64,000 nucleotides of DNA from Acidimicrobiales bacterium (GTDB taxonomy: Bacteria; Actinomycetota; Acidimicrobiia; Acidimicrobiales; RAAP-2): the NCBI GenBank assembly GCA_052143895.1, contig JBKQRT010000001.1, positions 2,907 to 66,906 on the forward strand, given 5' to 3'. This document shows positions 24,249-33,997 of this stretch, one piece after another. Position numbers and translations under genes: made by a program. The notes beneath the pieces were generated by a model, which was given only the letters and a program-made list of their open reading frames with translations, had not been told where the DNA came from and made no database searches. Numbering within the stretch: position 1 is the stretch's first letter; every line of letters begins with the position of its first letter.

Positions 24249-24269
24249 GTTGAGTGCTATCCATACAAG
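24249..24269. promoter_or_regulatory. HAIR-like HspR operator upstream of dnaK
   Basis: GTTGAGT-gctatcc-ATACAAG versus the HAIR consensus CTTGAGT-N7-ACTCAAG (11 of 14). It sits next to a minus-strand TATAGT -10-like hexamer (24232-24237) in the AT-richer dnaK/gpmA divergent gap. Confidence 0.5.
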
Positions 24270-24325
24270 TTTTCTGCAGGATACACGTGCCGCAAGACGT
24301 GGCGCCTCCGGGATACGCTGCGGAC

Positions 24326-25081
24326 ATGCCGCTCCTGGTACTGCTGCGCCACGGCCAGTCGCAGTGGAACGCCGACAACCTCTTCACCGGCTGGCACGAC
24401 GTCGACCTCACCGAGCTGGGCGAGGACGAGGCCCGGCGGTCGGGCGAGCTCCTCGCTGCCGAAGCCAGCCTCGACCTGCGGGTGGTGCACACGTCGGTGC
24501 TGACCCGGGCGGTCCGCACCGCCGAGCTCGCCCTCGGAGTGGCCGGGCGCAGCTGGCTGCCGGTGCGGCGGCACTGGCGACTCAACGAACGCCACTACGG
24601 GGCCCTGCAGGGGAAGGACAAGAAGGAGACCGCCGCCCAGTTCGGAGACGCCCAGGTCAAGGAGTGGCGGCGCAGCTACGCCACCCCGCCCCCGCCGGTG
24701 GAGACCGGGAGCGCCCACCACCCGGCCGGCGACCCGCGCTACCGCGACGTGCCGGCCGAGGTGCTGCCCTCGACCGAGTGCCTGGCCGACGTGGTCGCCC
24801 GCGCCCTGCCCTACTGGGAGGATGCCATCGTGCCCGACCTGCTCGCCGAGGGCGCCCGGGGCGGATCGGTGCTCGTGGTCGCCCACGGCAACAGCCTCCG
24901 GGCGTTGCGCAAGCACATCGACGGCATCGGAGACGACGAGATCACCGGGCTGGAGATCCCGACGGGCATCCCCTTCGTCTACGAGCTGGCCGACGACCTG
25001 TCCGTCATCTCCGGTGACTACCTCGGCGACCCCGAGGCGGCTCGCGCTGCCGCCGAGGCGGTCAGCCGCCAGGCCGGCTAG
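24326..25081 (+). CDS. gpmA: 2,3-bisphosphoglycerate-dependent phosphoglycerate mutase
   Basis: [29 protein letters not shown]...[15 protein letters not shown]...[11 protein letters not shown]. Confidence 0.92.
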   Translation: MPLLVLLRHGQSQWNADNLFTGWHDVDLTELGEDEARRSGELLAAEASLDLRVVHTSVLTRAVRTAELALGVAGRSWLPVRRHWRLNERHYGALQGKDKKETAAQFGDAQVKEWRRSYATPPPPVETGSAHHPAGDPRYRDVPAEVLPSTECLADVVARALPYWEDAIVPDLLAEGARGGSVLVVAHGNSLRALRKHIDGIGDDEITGLEIPTGIPFVYELADDLSVISGDYLGDPEAARAAAEAVSRQAG

Positions 25082-25121
25082 CGGCTAGCGAAGGCCGTCG
25101 GAGCCGGGCGCCGGGGTGCAC

Positions 25122-25151
25122 GGGAGGCCGGCTCCGAAGAACCGGCCTCCC
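25122..25151. terminator. strong GC hairpin between convergent gpmA and glnK (candidate bidirectional terminator)
   Basis: GGGAGGCCGG-ctccgaagaa-CCGGCCTCCC, a perfect 10-bp stem. There is no U-tract on either side, as is often the case in GC-rich actinobacteria. Confidence 0.5.
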
Positions 25152-25204
25152 GGCTGCGTGCTGCGCACCGGTCGGGTGCACGGTGGTCCGACGCCGGACC
25201 GGAC

Positions 25205-25576
<372 letters not shown>

Positions 25577-27127
25577 TCAGCTGCCGGGTTCGCCGGGCGG
25601 TTGCAGGCCTTCGGGTTCGGACTTGTGCCCGCCCTCTCCGGCCATGGCGAAGGCGCCGACCCGGGCGGCCAGTGTCTCCTCCGGGAAGGCCTCCTCGCCG
25701 TGGATGGCCTGGTCGCCGACCTCGAGAATCTCGTCCTTGTAGCGGGCCCCTCGGAGGACCAGCCCGATGAGCTTCATGAGGATGAAGGTGATCAGCGCCG
25801 ACCAGAGGATGACCCACACCGCGGCCCGGAACTGCTCCCACAGCTGGTGGGCCGAGCCGGTGTAGATGAGCCCACTGACCGAGAAGGGAATGCAGTGCGC
25901 CGTGGCCTGGATGTAGGTCTGCTGGCTGGTGGCCACCACCTGTCCCGAGGGATCCAGACGACCGCAGCCGTACTCGAGCATGTTCGGGTCCCCGAAGAGG
26001 CCGAGGAGGAGCCCGCCGAAGAGCCCGGCGATGCCGTGGGTGTAGACGACGCCGAGTGCGTCGTCCACCTTCGAGAAGGGCCGGACCTTGGACAGGAAGT
26101 TCCAGGCCACCCACACCACCCCGGTGCAGATCGCACCGACGGCGATGGCACCTTGGCCGTTGACCCAGCCTGCGCACGGCGTGATGCCGACCAGCCCGCA
26201 GATCATGCCGTTCACGCCGCCGAGGAAGGCGGGCTTCTTCTCCTTGGAGAGCCAGGCGTCGAGGGCGATCCACACGAGCACGCCGGTGGCGGTGGCCAGG
26301 TTGGTGTTGACCACCGCGGCCGCGGCGTCGGCTCCCGCGTAGTACGGGTCACCACCGTTGAAGCCGTTCCAGCCCAGCCACAGGATGCCGGCGCCCACCC
26401 CCGCCATCACCAGGTTGTTGGGCAAGGCATGCTGTCGGTCCCGGAGGAGTCTGGGTCCGAGGACCCAGGCGGCCACGAACCCGGAGACCCCAGCCGACAT
26501 ATGGATGACGTACCCACCGGAGAAGTCGAGCGAACCCTCCTGGGCGAAGTAGCCACCGCCCCAGAGCAGAAAGGCGTCGATGCTGTAGACGAAGGTCGAC
26601 CACAGCGGCACCAGCAAGCACCAGGCGCTGAACTTGATCCGACCGAGCACGCTTCCGAGGAAGAGCAGTGGTGTGATGGCGGCGAACACGAACTGGAAGT
26701 AGGCGAGGGACGACGTCGGGAAGTGGAACGGGATGACCGTGTTGGCCGCCGACACCGCCTGGCCCTGTTCACCGGCCGTACTGGTGATGGACCCCGGTTT
26801 ACCGACGAAGTTGTCGATGAAGTGCGTCCAACCGCCGACACCGGTCAGCTGGGTCTGCACCCCGTTCTTCACACCACCCCCGAACGAGTTGGCGCCGAAC
26901 CCCATCTTGTAGGACCAGAGGAACCAGGCGAGCATCACCAGGGAGAAGCCGGCGAACATCATGCCGAGGACGTTCACCGCCCACTTCTTCTGGACGATCG
27001 ACGCATAGAGGACCGCCAGGGCGGGGAGGCTCATCATGCCGACGAACGTGGCGGCAACGATCTGCCACGTGTTGTCTCCGGTGTTGAGCCAACTCGGGTA
27101 CGGGACTTGCGTTATCGCGGCTAGCAC
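25577..27127 (-). CDS. amt: ammonium transporter (Amt family)
   Basis: TGDNTWQIVAATFVGMM...multiple TM helices...GGYVIHMSAGVSGFVAA...GLVGITPCAGWV...DALGVVYTHGIAGL. GTG 27127 is preceded by GGAGAGGAG. The upstream 40 codons of the track ORF are rejected. Confidence 0.9.
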   Translation of the reverse strand: MLAAITQVPYPSWLNTGDNTWQIVAATFVGMMSLPALAVLYASIVQKKWAVNVLGMMFAGFSLVMLAWFLWSYKMGFGANSFGGGVKNGVQTQLTGVGGWTHFIDNFVGKPGSITSTAGEQGQAVSAANTVIPFHFPTSSLAYFQFVFAAITPLLFLGSVLGRIKFSAWCLLVPLWSTFVYSIDAFLLWGGGYFAQEGSLDFSGGYVIHMSAGVSGFVAAWVLGPRLLRDRQHALPNNLVMAGVGAGILWLGWNGFNGGDPYYAGADAAAAVVNTNLATATGVLVWIALDAWLSKEKKPAFLGGVNGMICGLVGITPCAGWVNGQGAIAVGAICTGVVWVAWNFLSKVRPFSKVDDALGVVYTHGIAGLFGGLLLGLFGDPNMLEYGCGRLDPSGQVVATSQQTYIQATAHCIPFSVSGLIYTGSAHQLWEQFRAAVWVILWSALITFILMKLIGLVLRGARYKDEILEVGDQAIHGEEAFPEETLAARVGAFAMAGEGGHKSEPEGLQPPGEPGS

Positions 27128-27259
27128 GGCGTGGGTGCTCCTCTCCTGAGTTACTTCGTGCGCCGGCTCCCACACGGTCCGGACCCGGTACGGGAACGGG
27201 GTGGGCAGAGGCCGGCGGCGGCAGATTCGCTCTGTCGCCGCAAACAATGCAGCCTCGGG

Positions 27260-27297
27260 ATTTCGGCACGGTCACGCCCGTGTTACCAACGCGTGAA
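27260..27297 (-). promoter_or_regulatory. GlnR-type box (four 5-mers at 11-nt periodicity) upstream of amt-glnK
   Basis: The minus strand reads TTCAC-n6-GTAAC-n6-GTGAC-n6-GAAAT. The actinobacterial GlnR consensus is gTnAc-n6-GaAAc-n6-GTnAC-n6-GAAAC. The box lies 133-170 nt upstream of the amt start. Confidence 0.55.
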
Positions 27298-27507
27298 CTG
27301 GCTCGATCCTCCTGATGGGAGGGGGTGACACGGCACGCGCGCCGTCGACAACGCCTTCAGATCAGCGCGGCGCCGACCAGATTCCAAGCTCCGGTGCGCG
27401 CGCACCGTGGTGCAACCGACCGCTTGCCGCGCTCGCCCGGCGGTGCGGTGGGGGGAGGGGAGGCGGCGCCGGTGGGCCGATCGTCGATGGCGACCCCCGT
27501 GGTCGGG

Positions 27508-28236
27508 TCAGCCCGCCTTCCGCTCGTCGCCGGGCTTGGTCTTCGGCGGCTTGCCTGGCGGCGCGGTCGGGGGCGTGTAGCGCTTGCTCGGCCGGGCCGT
27601 GCCGGTCGGAGACCGGCCGGCTGTCGGCCCTGACTCCTTGGCCAGCTTCAGCTTCGTCTGCAGGCGATAGGCACGGACCAGGTACCAGGCGCCGGCCAAC
27701 AGGAAGGGGACGCCGAACCCCCAGAAGTGGAGGTTGAAGATGGACAGCCCGTACAGGGCCATGATGATCCCGAGGTAGAGGCGCTTGCGGAACCACGCCG
27801 CCGCCAGCATCGCCACGGCCAGGGCGAGGGTCACGGCACCAAGCTCGAGGTAGACCGACGGGTTCACGTGCGCCGAATTGAGATGGCCGTTGGCCAGGGT
27901 GGCCTTCGGATCGTTGGCGATGAGGCTGCCGGTGACCAACAGCGCGATCATGCCGGCGAGTGGGGCCGCCAGCAGCCCGATCAGCCGCTCCTTGTCGTCG
28001 GCCCGCTTGACCGCCTCCTCGAGCTCCTCCACGGTGGTGGGGCCCTCGTCGGGTGCGGCGGCGCCTTCGGATGGCTTGAGGACGGCGCTGCTCAGCCGGC
28101 TGCTCAGGCTCGGCTTGTCCGCATCGCCGTGCGGGCGACGGAAGGGGGCGCGCATCCGCTCCCACGGACCGGTGGGCGGGGTCATCTCGTCCGGGGGGGT
28201 GACATCGTCGTCGGGGTCGGTGCCGGCCATGGCCAA
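27508..28236 (-). CDS. hypothetical membrane protein (acidic/Pro-rich N-terminus, ~4 TM helices, Lys/Pro-rich tail)
   Basis: 242-aa ORF with coherent hydrophobic helices (LIGLLAAPLAGMIALLVTGSLI, LELGAVTLALAVAMLAAAWF, LGIIMALYGLSIF, GVPFLLAGAWYLV). No family recognised. Confidence 0.6.
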   Translation of the reverse strand: MAMAGTDPDDDVTPPDEMTPPTGPWERMRAPFRRPHGDADKPSLSSRLSSAVLKPSEGAAAPDEGPTTVEELEEAVKRADDKERLIGLLAAPLAGMIALLVTGSLIANDPKATLANGHLNSAHVNPSVYLELGAVTLALAVAMLAAAWFRKRLYLGIIMALYGLSIFNLHFWGFGVPFLLAGAWYLVRAYRLQTKLKLAKESGPTAGRSPTGTARPSKRYTPPTAPPGKPPKTKPGDERKAG

Positions 28237-28336
28237 GGCTACCGCGCCCCGTCGATCGCCCGGGTGGCGGCTGCGACCGTCCTACCCCCGGTGCGACGGA
28301 ACGCGCACCGGTCCTGCGTCGGTGCGGGAGCGCGGT

Positions 28337-28891
28337 TCACGACGGGCGGCGCGACCGTCGCCGGCGGGCAAGGACCACGCCGGCCAACGGTAGGAGAACG
28401 AGAAGGAGAAGCGTCGGGACGACGAACACGCTCGCTGATGGGTGCTCGGCGGCCACCGCTGCCGGGGTCGAGAACAGCGCCGGGTCACCCGGTACGGTCA
28501 CGCCCGCGATGCGGGACCCAACGGGACGGAGGCCGTTGCCGGGGATGCCCTCGGTGTAGCGGTGCCCGTCGACCGTGTAGGTGGCACTGCAGTCGTACCC
28601 GGCGAGATTGCTGCCGCTGCCCCCCATCAGCCCGAGGCACCCGGACACGGTGGCGTCGACCGGTACGCCGTGAGCCCGCAACTCGGTGATCTGCGCGTTC
28701 TTCTTTGCCCCGGCTGCGAAGAGGAGGGCGGTGACCGCGGCCAGGGCCACGAGGGTGACGCCCACGGCGACACGACCCGCCCGGCGGACGTCAACCTGCA
28801 CCCCGGCGCCGCGCAGGTTGGTGAGCGGCTCCTCGGGACCGGGGGCGCCCGATGCCGGCCCGTCGGGGGCGGTCGACTCCGGAGCGATCAT
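28337..28891 (-). CDS. DUF3592-like membrane protein (TM - beta-rich domain - TM)
   Basis: From ATG 28891: an N-terminal TM (VAVGVTLVALAAVTALLFAAG), then a soluble segment (HGVPVDATVSGC...YDCSATYTVDGHRYTEGI), then a C-terminal TM and RRRRSRR. The upstream part of the 311-aa track ORF is rejected. Confidence 0.6.
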   Translation of the reverse strand: MIAPESTAPDGPASGAPGPEEPLTNLRGAGVQVDVRRAGRVAVGVTLVALAAVTALLFAAGAKKNAQITELRAHGVPVDATVSGCLGLMGGSGSNLAGYDCSATYTVDGHRYTEGIPGNGLRPVGSRIAGVTVPGDPALFSTPAAVAAEHPSASVFVVPTLLLLVLLPLAGVVLARRRRSRRPS

Positions 28892-29044
28892 TGGCAGTCC
28901 GTCCCTTGCTGACGCGTTCGCCGCCACCCGGCTCCCCGCCCGGCGACCGGGAGATGGTAGCAGTGGGGGCGGAGGCGGCCCCGGCCGGCTCCCGGCGCTC
29001 GGTGGTCCGGCGTCGCCGCCGACGGCCGCGGTAACCTCCGGACC

Positions 29045-29464
29045 ATGGCGCGTCCCAAGGCACTGGATCTCAAGAGCATCTGGCTGTTCTCCAGTTGCAC
29101 GGCGTCGGAGCTCCGCAAGATCCGCAGCTCCCTCGACGAGGTCGCGGTGCCGGCGGGCAAGCTCGTCGTCGAGGAGGGACGCATCGGCCTCGAGTTCTTC
29201 CTCATCGTGACCGGCACGGCCGCCGTCACCCGCAGCGGCAAGCAGGTGGCCACGCTCGGGCCCGGCGACCACTTCGGTGAGCTCGCCCTCCTCGACCGGC
29301 GTCCCCGATCGGCGTCGGTCGTGTCGCAGACCGACATGGACCTGCTGGTCCTCTCGCAGCGCCAGTTCAACGGGCTGCTCGAATCGGTGCCAACCATCGC
29401 CCGCAAGATGCTGGCCGCCATGGCCAACCGCCTGCGAGAAGCGGACGCCAAGGCCTACGACTGA
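29045..29464 (+). CDS. stand-alone cyclic-nucleotide-binding (CAP effector) domain protein
   Basis: 139 aa: VVEEGRIGLEFFLIVTGTAAV...LGPGDHFGELALLDRRPRSASVV, a classic cNMP phosphate-binding cassette. No HTH or other output domain. Confidence 0.85.
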   Translation: MARPKALDLKSIWLFSSCTASELRKIRSSLDEVAVPAGKLVVEEGRIGLEFFLIVTGTAAVTRSGKQVATLGPGDHFGELALLDRRPRSASVVSQTDMDLLVLSQRQFNGLLESVPTIARKMLAAMANRLREADAKAYD

Positions 29465-29482
29465 CCGCCCGGTCGGCCCCGC

Positions 29483-31552
29483 TCAGGTCGGGGCGCTGAA
29501 CGACTGGCCGATGACCTGGTCGCTCATCGACTCCTCCAGCAGCTGGGAGAGGTCGAGGACCCGGACGTCGTCCTCCTTGGCGTGGGCCCGCACCGCGTCA
29601 TCGAGCATGATCATGCAGTAGGGACAGGCGGTCGACACGACGTCGGCGCCGGTGCCGAGGGCCTCCTCGGTGCGCTCCATATTGACCCGCTTGCCGAGGT
29701 TCTCCTCGAGCCACATCCGGGCCCCACCGGCCCCACAGCAGAACCCCTTCTCGCGGCACCGCCGCATCTCGACCTGGGTCGCACCGGGGATGGCGTCGAT
29801 GACCGAGCGCGGCTCGTCGAACACCCGGTTGTGGCGGCCCAGGTAGCAGGGGTCATGATAGGTGACCGTCCCCCGGTAGCCGCCACCCGGGGTCAGCCGC
29901 CCGGCGGTGACGAGATGGTCGAGCAGCTGGCTGTGGTGGATGACGTCGAAGGTGCCGCCGAGGGACGGGTACTCGTTGGCCAGCGAATTGAAGCAGTGGG
30001 GGCAGGTGGCGATGACCTTCTTCACCCCGGCGTTCTCCAGGGTCTCGATGTTGGCCCGGCCCTGCTCCTGGTAGAGGTACTCGTTGCCCAGCCGGCGGGC
30101 CGGATCGCCAGTGCAGCTCTCCTTCGGGCCGAGGATGGCGAAGGAGACGCCCGCCCGGTGGAGCATGCGGGCGGTGGCCTGGGCCCCCTTGCGGGCCCGC
30201 TCGTCGAGCGCCCCGGCGCAGCCCACCCAGTAGAGGTACTCGATGTCGTCGGGGATGGTGCCGCTGACCACCGGTACGTCGAAATCGAGCGCGTCCGTCC
30301 AGTCGGTGCGCTTGGACGAGCCGAGGCCCCAGGGGTCGCCCTGGTTCTCGATGTTGCGGAGCATGAGCCCGGCCTCGGTGGGGAACCGTGATTCCATCAG
30401 CACCTCGTAGCGGCGCATGTCGATGATGGTGTCGATGTGCTCGATGTCGACGGGGCACTGCTCGACGCAGGCGCCGCACGTCGTGCACGACCACAGCACG
30501 TCGGGATCGATGACCGACGGCACCAGCGTCTCGACCTCGAGGCCGGCGGAACGGTTCTTCGCCATGACCCGGTCGGCCGAGGAGAAGAGGTTGTCGCGGA
30601 GGTCCATGATCAGCAACTTCGGCGACAGCGGCTTGCCCGTGTTCCAGGCCGGGCACTGGGACTGGCACCGACCGCACTCGGTGCAGGTGGCCATGTCGAG
30701 CAGTTGCTTCCACGAGAAGTCCTCGATGCGGCCGGCGCCGAACACCACCTCGTCGTCGTCGCCCACGCTCTCCATCGACATGTCGGGCGTGGAGGCGAGA
30801 GCGCCGAGTGCCCGGGGGCGGCGGGAGGCGGCGACGTTGACCGGCGCCAGGAAGATGTGGAGATGTTTCGAGTAGGAGACGAACACCAGGAACCCGGTGA
30901 TGATGGCGATGTTGGCCAGCAGGGCGACCGTCTCGATCACGCTGTTGACCCCGGTGCCCAGGGGCTTCAGGGCGTCGGCCAAGGCGTGCGAGGCGAAGGC
31001 CCACCACCCGTAGGGGAAATTGCCGGTGTTGATCTGGGCAGCACGGTAGAGGAGCAGGGTCGAGATGACCCCGAAGATCATCAGCAGCACCAGCCAGGCC
31101 GCGCCGGTGTGGGAACCGAAGAAGCGGGAACGCCGGTTCTCCCGTTTGGGTGAGTGCTTGACCCGGATGGCCACGAACACCAGGAGCGAGACGATCACGG
31201 CCACCGCGAAGAAGTCCTCGATGAAGCCGATGACCGCGGTGTGCCCGATCAGGGGGATGTGGAAATTGCGTTGGAAGAGGCAGCCGAAGGCCTCGATGAT
31301 GGTGAGGAAGAGGATGGTGAAGCCCCAGAAGGTGAAGGCGTGGGCCACGCCCGGGACCGTCCACTGAAGCAGCTTCCGTTGGCCGCCGACCTCGACCAGT
31401 TCGGCCTTGACCCGCTTGGGCACGTCCCGGAACCGGGAGGGCACCGCCGGCTCCCCGGCCGAGATGAGCTCGTAGAGCCAGAAGAAGCGGCGACCGGCGA
31501 TGGCGAACATCACCGCGGTGATGCCGAGTCCTAGGGCGAGTCTGAGGGGCAC
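29483..31552 (-). CDS. membrane-anchored Fe-S oxidoreductase (HdrD/GlpC-like with two CCG domains; resembles mycobacterial Rv0338c-type proteins)
   Basis: About 6 N-terminal TM helices, two 4Fe-4S motifs ([24 protein letters not shown]), and two Cys-rich CCG-type domains (CPHCF...CCGAGG...CPYC). GTG 31552 is preceded by AGGAGG. Confidence 0.88.
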   Translation of the reverse strand: MPLRLALGLGITAVMFAIAGRRFFWLYELISAGEPAVPSRFRDVPKRVKAELVEVGGQRKLLQWTVPGVAHAFTFWGFTILFLTIIEAFGCLFQRNFHIPLIGHTAVIGFIEDFFAVAVIVSLLVFVAIRVKHSPKRENRRSRFFGSHTGAAWLVLLMIFGVISTLLLYRAAQINTGNFPYGWWAFASHALADALKPLGTGVNSVIETVALLANIAIITGFLVFVSYSKHLHIFLAPVNVAASRRPRALGALASTPDMSMESVGDDDEVVFGAGRIEDFSWKQLLDMATCTECGRCQSQCPAWNTGKPLSPKLLIMDLRDNLFSSADRVMAKNRSAGLEVETLVPSVIDPDVLWSCTTCGACVEQCPVDIEHIDTIIDMRRYEVLMESRFPTEAGLMLRNIENQGDPWGLGSSKRTDWTDALDFDVPVVSGTIPDDIEYLYWVGCAGALDERARKGAQATARMLHRAGVSFAILGPKESCTGDPARRLGNEYLYQEQGRANIETLENAGVKKVIATCPHCFNSLANEYPSLGGTFDVIHHSQLLDHLVTAGRLTPGGGYRGTVTYHDPCYLGRHNRVFDEPRSVIDAIPGATQVEMRRCREKGFCCGAGGARMWLEENLGKRVNMERTEEALGTGADVVSTACPYCMIMLDDAVRAHAKEDDVRVLDLSQLLEESMSDQVIGQSFSAPT

Positions 31553-31569
31553 TGCGTTCCTCCTATGGG

Positions 31570-31585
31570 GTTACTGAAGAGTAAC
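31570..31585. promoter_or_regulatory. 6-bp inverted repeat just upstream of the Fe-S oxidoreductase start
   Basis: GTTACT-gaag-AGTAAC in an AT-richer patch, 18-33 nt upstream of GTG 31552. A GC hairpin (CCGCCG..CGGGCGG, ~31591-31612) between dcd and this site could terminate dcd. Confidence 0.3.
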
Positions 31586-31617
31586 AAAGGCCGCCGCTGA
31601 GTCGGGCGGGCCGAGGA

Positions 31618-32181
31618 TCACGACCGGAAGTTGTCGGCGTACCGGCTGGGCGTTGGACCCCACTGGCCCTGGTACTTCGACTTGAGCCCTTCCGAGCCGT
31701 AAGGCTTGTCGGCGGCGGTCGTCATCTGGAGAAAGCTGATCTGGCCGATCTTCATGCCCGGGTAGACGGTGATGGGCAGGTTGGCCACGTTGGAGAGCTC
31801 AAGGGTGAGATGACCGTCCCATCCCGCGTCGACGAACCCGGCGGTCGAGTGAATGAGGAGGCCGAGGCGGCCGAGGGACGACTTCCCCTCGAGGCGGGCC
31901 ACCAAGTCGGCGGGGAGGGTGACCCTCTCCTTGGTGGAACCGAGGACGAACTCGCCCGGATGGAGGATGAGTGGCTCCTCGCCGGTGTCGACGAGCTCGG
32001 TGAGATCCTCCTGGCTCTCGCGCACGTCGATGACCCGGCTGGTGTGGTTGCGGAAGAGCCGGAAGTACTGGTCGACATGGAGGTCCACCGACGAAGGCTG
32101 GATGCAGCTCTCGTCGAACGGGTCGATCCTGATCCGGCCGGCGTCGAGCGCCTCACGTATGGAGCGGTCTGAGAGAACCAT
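31618..32181 (-). CDS. dcd: dCTP deaminase
   Basis: [17 protein letters not shown]...[10 protein letters not shown]...[28 protein letters not shown] 32181 is preferred over the longer track start at 32238. Confidence 0.92.
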   Translation of the reverse strand: MVLSDRSIREALDAGRIRIDPFDESCIQPSSVDLHVDQYFRLFRNHTSRVIDVRESQEDLTELVDTGEEPLILHPGEFVLGSTKERVTLPADLVARLEGKSSLGRLGLLIHSTAGFVDAGWDGHLTLELSNVANLPITVYPGMKIGQISFLQMTTAADKPYGSEGLKSKYQGQWGPTPSRYADNFRS

Positions 32182-33075
32182 GCCGGACAGACGATAGTGG
32201 GGCGCCGGCATCCAGGGGTGCTTGGGTATCCGAGCCACGCGCCGGTCGGGGCGCTTCTGCTGGGGCGGGGCCGGCGCCCGGTTCGGGTCCGAAGAAGTGG
32301 TCGACCAGACCTTCGAGGCCGACGGCGAAGACCGACCACTCCTGCTCGGCGCCGTCCGGTCCGGTCGGGAGGAGGATGCCGTTCATCTGCGCGTCGACCC
32401 GGTTCCTCGAGGTGCACCCTTCGGCGAGGATCCCCGCCGCCAGGATGAAGCGGAGGGACAGCCCGGGGCGGACGCGCAGAACGAGGAGGGATGCCAGTTC
32501 GCCGCAGGTGGCGTCGGAGACGTCGGAGACGTCGGCCAGGGTCACGCACCCGTCGAGCAGACCCTGTTGGATCTGTCGCTTCTGGAGGGTCACCTTGCCG
32601 GCGGTGGCTCGCCCCCACACGGCGATCCACAGCGACGAGGTGTCCGAGCGGAGGAAGCGTCGACATCCGCTTCGCCACCGACACGGCAGACCTCGCGCCG
32701 CGCCGCCCGGCGCTCCCCTGGCGTGGCGGGCGGCAGACCCTCGAGCACCGGCGCCAGTGCGTCGAGGGTCTGGGCCGTCTCGAGGATCCCGCCGTCGCTG
32801 GCGATGCCAACCAGTACGTCGGTGCGGTAGTCGGCCTGGTTCTCCCACACGCGTCTGATGAGCGAAACGTTCGTCAACCGGACACCGGTGTCCCGTTGCA
32901 GGCGGTCGATGGCGCGCTTGAGGGTCAGGGCATCGGTGCCGACTCCGATTCCCTCCTCGCGGAAGATGGAACGGGAGGTGCCCAACAGCACGGTGCGGAG
33001 CTCCTCGCGGGTCTGCGTGGCGCGTGGGTTCGCTGCCATGACGGCGGCGGCGGACGCATCCGGCGTCCCGGTCAT
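32153..33075 (-). pseudogene. TetR-like regulator apparently interrupted by a frameshift near 32650-32680
   Basis: The N-terminal frame (33075 down to ~32660) reads TREELRTVLLGTSRSIFREEG...LTNVSLIRRVWENQADYRTDVL, which is HTH-like. A protein-like continuation (FLRSDTSSLWIAVWGRATAGK...LSLRFILAAGILAEG...[14 protein letters not shown]) is in a different frame and runs to the stop at 32153. The junction lies in gcggatgtcgacgc. Confidence 0.45.
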
Positions 33076-33132
33076 CTCTGCAGGTGGTGCGGCGGGCGGT
33101 ACCACCGGTTCGGGGTGTTCCGCCGATAAGCT

Positions 33133-33149
33133 TGCAACTGATAGTTGCA
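33133..33149. promoter_or_regulatory. 17-bp palindrome (candidate operator) upstream of the TetR-like gene
   Basis: TGCAACT-gat-AGTTGCA, perfect 7-bp arms, inside a conspicuous AT-richer island (33120-33175) between divergent genes. Confidence 0.5.
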
Positions 33150-33290
33150 TTTTCGCTCGGCACTGGCAATACTGATCTCGTGAGGCGGCGGATCCCCTCC
33201 AGGCCGGCCCCGGGTCCATCAGGACCCGGGGCCGCTGGCGGGAACCCGGGCGGTGGTGTCCGGGACCAACGACAGTCAGGCGAGCTGAAC

Positions 33291-33881
33291 GTGTTCAACG
33301 AGGCGGATCGGGTCACGTGGCGGACGGGGAAGGTCGAGCTCCCTCCCCTGGTCAGCGTTACCGGCATCGAGCGGCGGCTCGTCGTTGGGAACGCGCCCCG
33401 CGGGCCGACGCACCGTCGGGCCGTGATCCTCGACGAGCCGACCGACCAGGTCTACGCCGAACCGGGACCGCCTGACGAGACGGCCAGGGCACCGGGGTTC
33501 GCCACGCCCGGCCTGGCCGTGCTGGCTGCCCTGAGCATCCTCGTGGGCTACCGCTGGCTGCACGTCCTGCCGGCCGACCGGTGGACGCCCTCGGCGCCCA
33601 CCTTCGCCGCAGTGGTGTTGCCGCTGGCACTCGCGCTCACCTGGCCCCGCGAAGGGATGGTGCGCCGTCGGAGCCAGCTGGCCGTCGTGGCGGCCGCGGT
33701 CTGTCTGGTCGGGGTGACGCTCTTCGCCTCCCTCGTCCCCGGTGCCCGGGCGTCATGGGTGCTCGGGCCGGCCGACCTGCTGATGGCGGCGGCCGCCTTG
33801 GACGAGGTCCGTGCCGCTCGCTGGCCCCCGGGCGGCACCCCTGAACGCCAACCCGGGGAACGACCGCGCCACGGGCGATAG
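33291..33881 (+). CDS. hypothetical membrane protein
   Basis: GC3 is high from about GTG 33291 and mixed upstream. There are three to four hydrophobic helices (GLAVLAALSILVGY, FAAVVLPLALAL, LAVVAAAVCLVGVTLFASLV). The start is uncertain and no family was recognised. Confidence 0.5.
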   Translation: MFNEADRVTWRTGKVELPPLVSVTGIERRLVVGNAPRGPTHRRAVILDEPTDQVYAEPGPPDETARAPGFATPGLAVLAALSILVGYRWLHVLPADRWTPSAPTFAAVVLPLALALTWPREGMVRRRSQLAVVAAAVCLVGVTLFASLVPGARASWVLGPADLLMAAAALDEVRAARWPPGGTPERQPGERPRHGR

Positions 33882-33894
33882 TGTGGCGCGCCAC

Positions 33895-33965
33895 GCGGGC
33901 GTAGTTCAGAGGCAGAACACGAGCTTCCCAAGCTCGGAACGCGGGTTCGATTCCCGTCGCCCGCT
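33895..33965 (+). tRNA. tRNA-Gly (anticodon CCC)
   Basis: Hand-folded cloverleaf. Acceptor GCGGGCG/CGCCCGC; D arm GTTC-agaggca-GAAC; anticodon arm CGAGC-TTCCCAA-GCTCG; T arm GCGGG-TTCGATT-CCCGT; discriminator T. CCA is not encoded. Confidence 0.9.
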
Positions 33966-33997
33966 CTCAGGAACGCCCATCTGAGGGGTTTGTAGGC

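Noticed and set aside
27392-27407. Perfect 16-bp GC palindrome CGGTGCGCGCGCACCG between the membrane-protein gene and the amt promoter region
   Set aside because: It could be a terminator stem or an operator. However, short GC palindromes are expected by chance in this composition and it has no loop or flanking signal, so it is not called.
31752-33367. Long minus-strand track ORFs (352 and 404 aa) covering dcd and the TetR-like region
   Set aside because: Only the 32153 to ~32660 portion of the 404-aa ORF looks protein-like, and it is used as the C-terminal half of the frameshifted regulator. The rest overlaps dcd out of frame or has junk composition.
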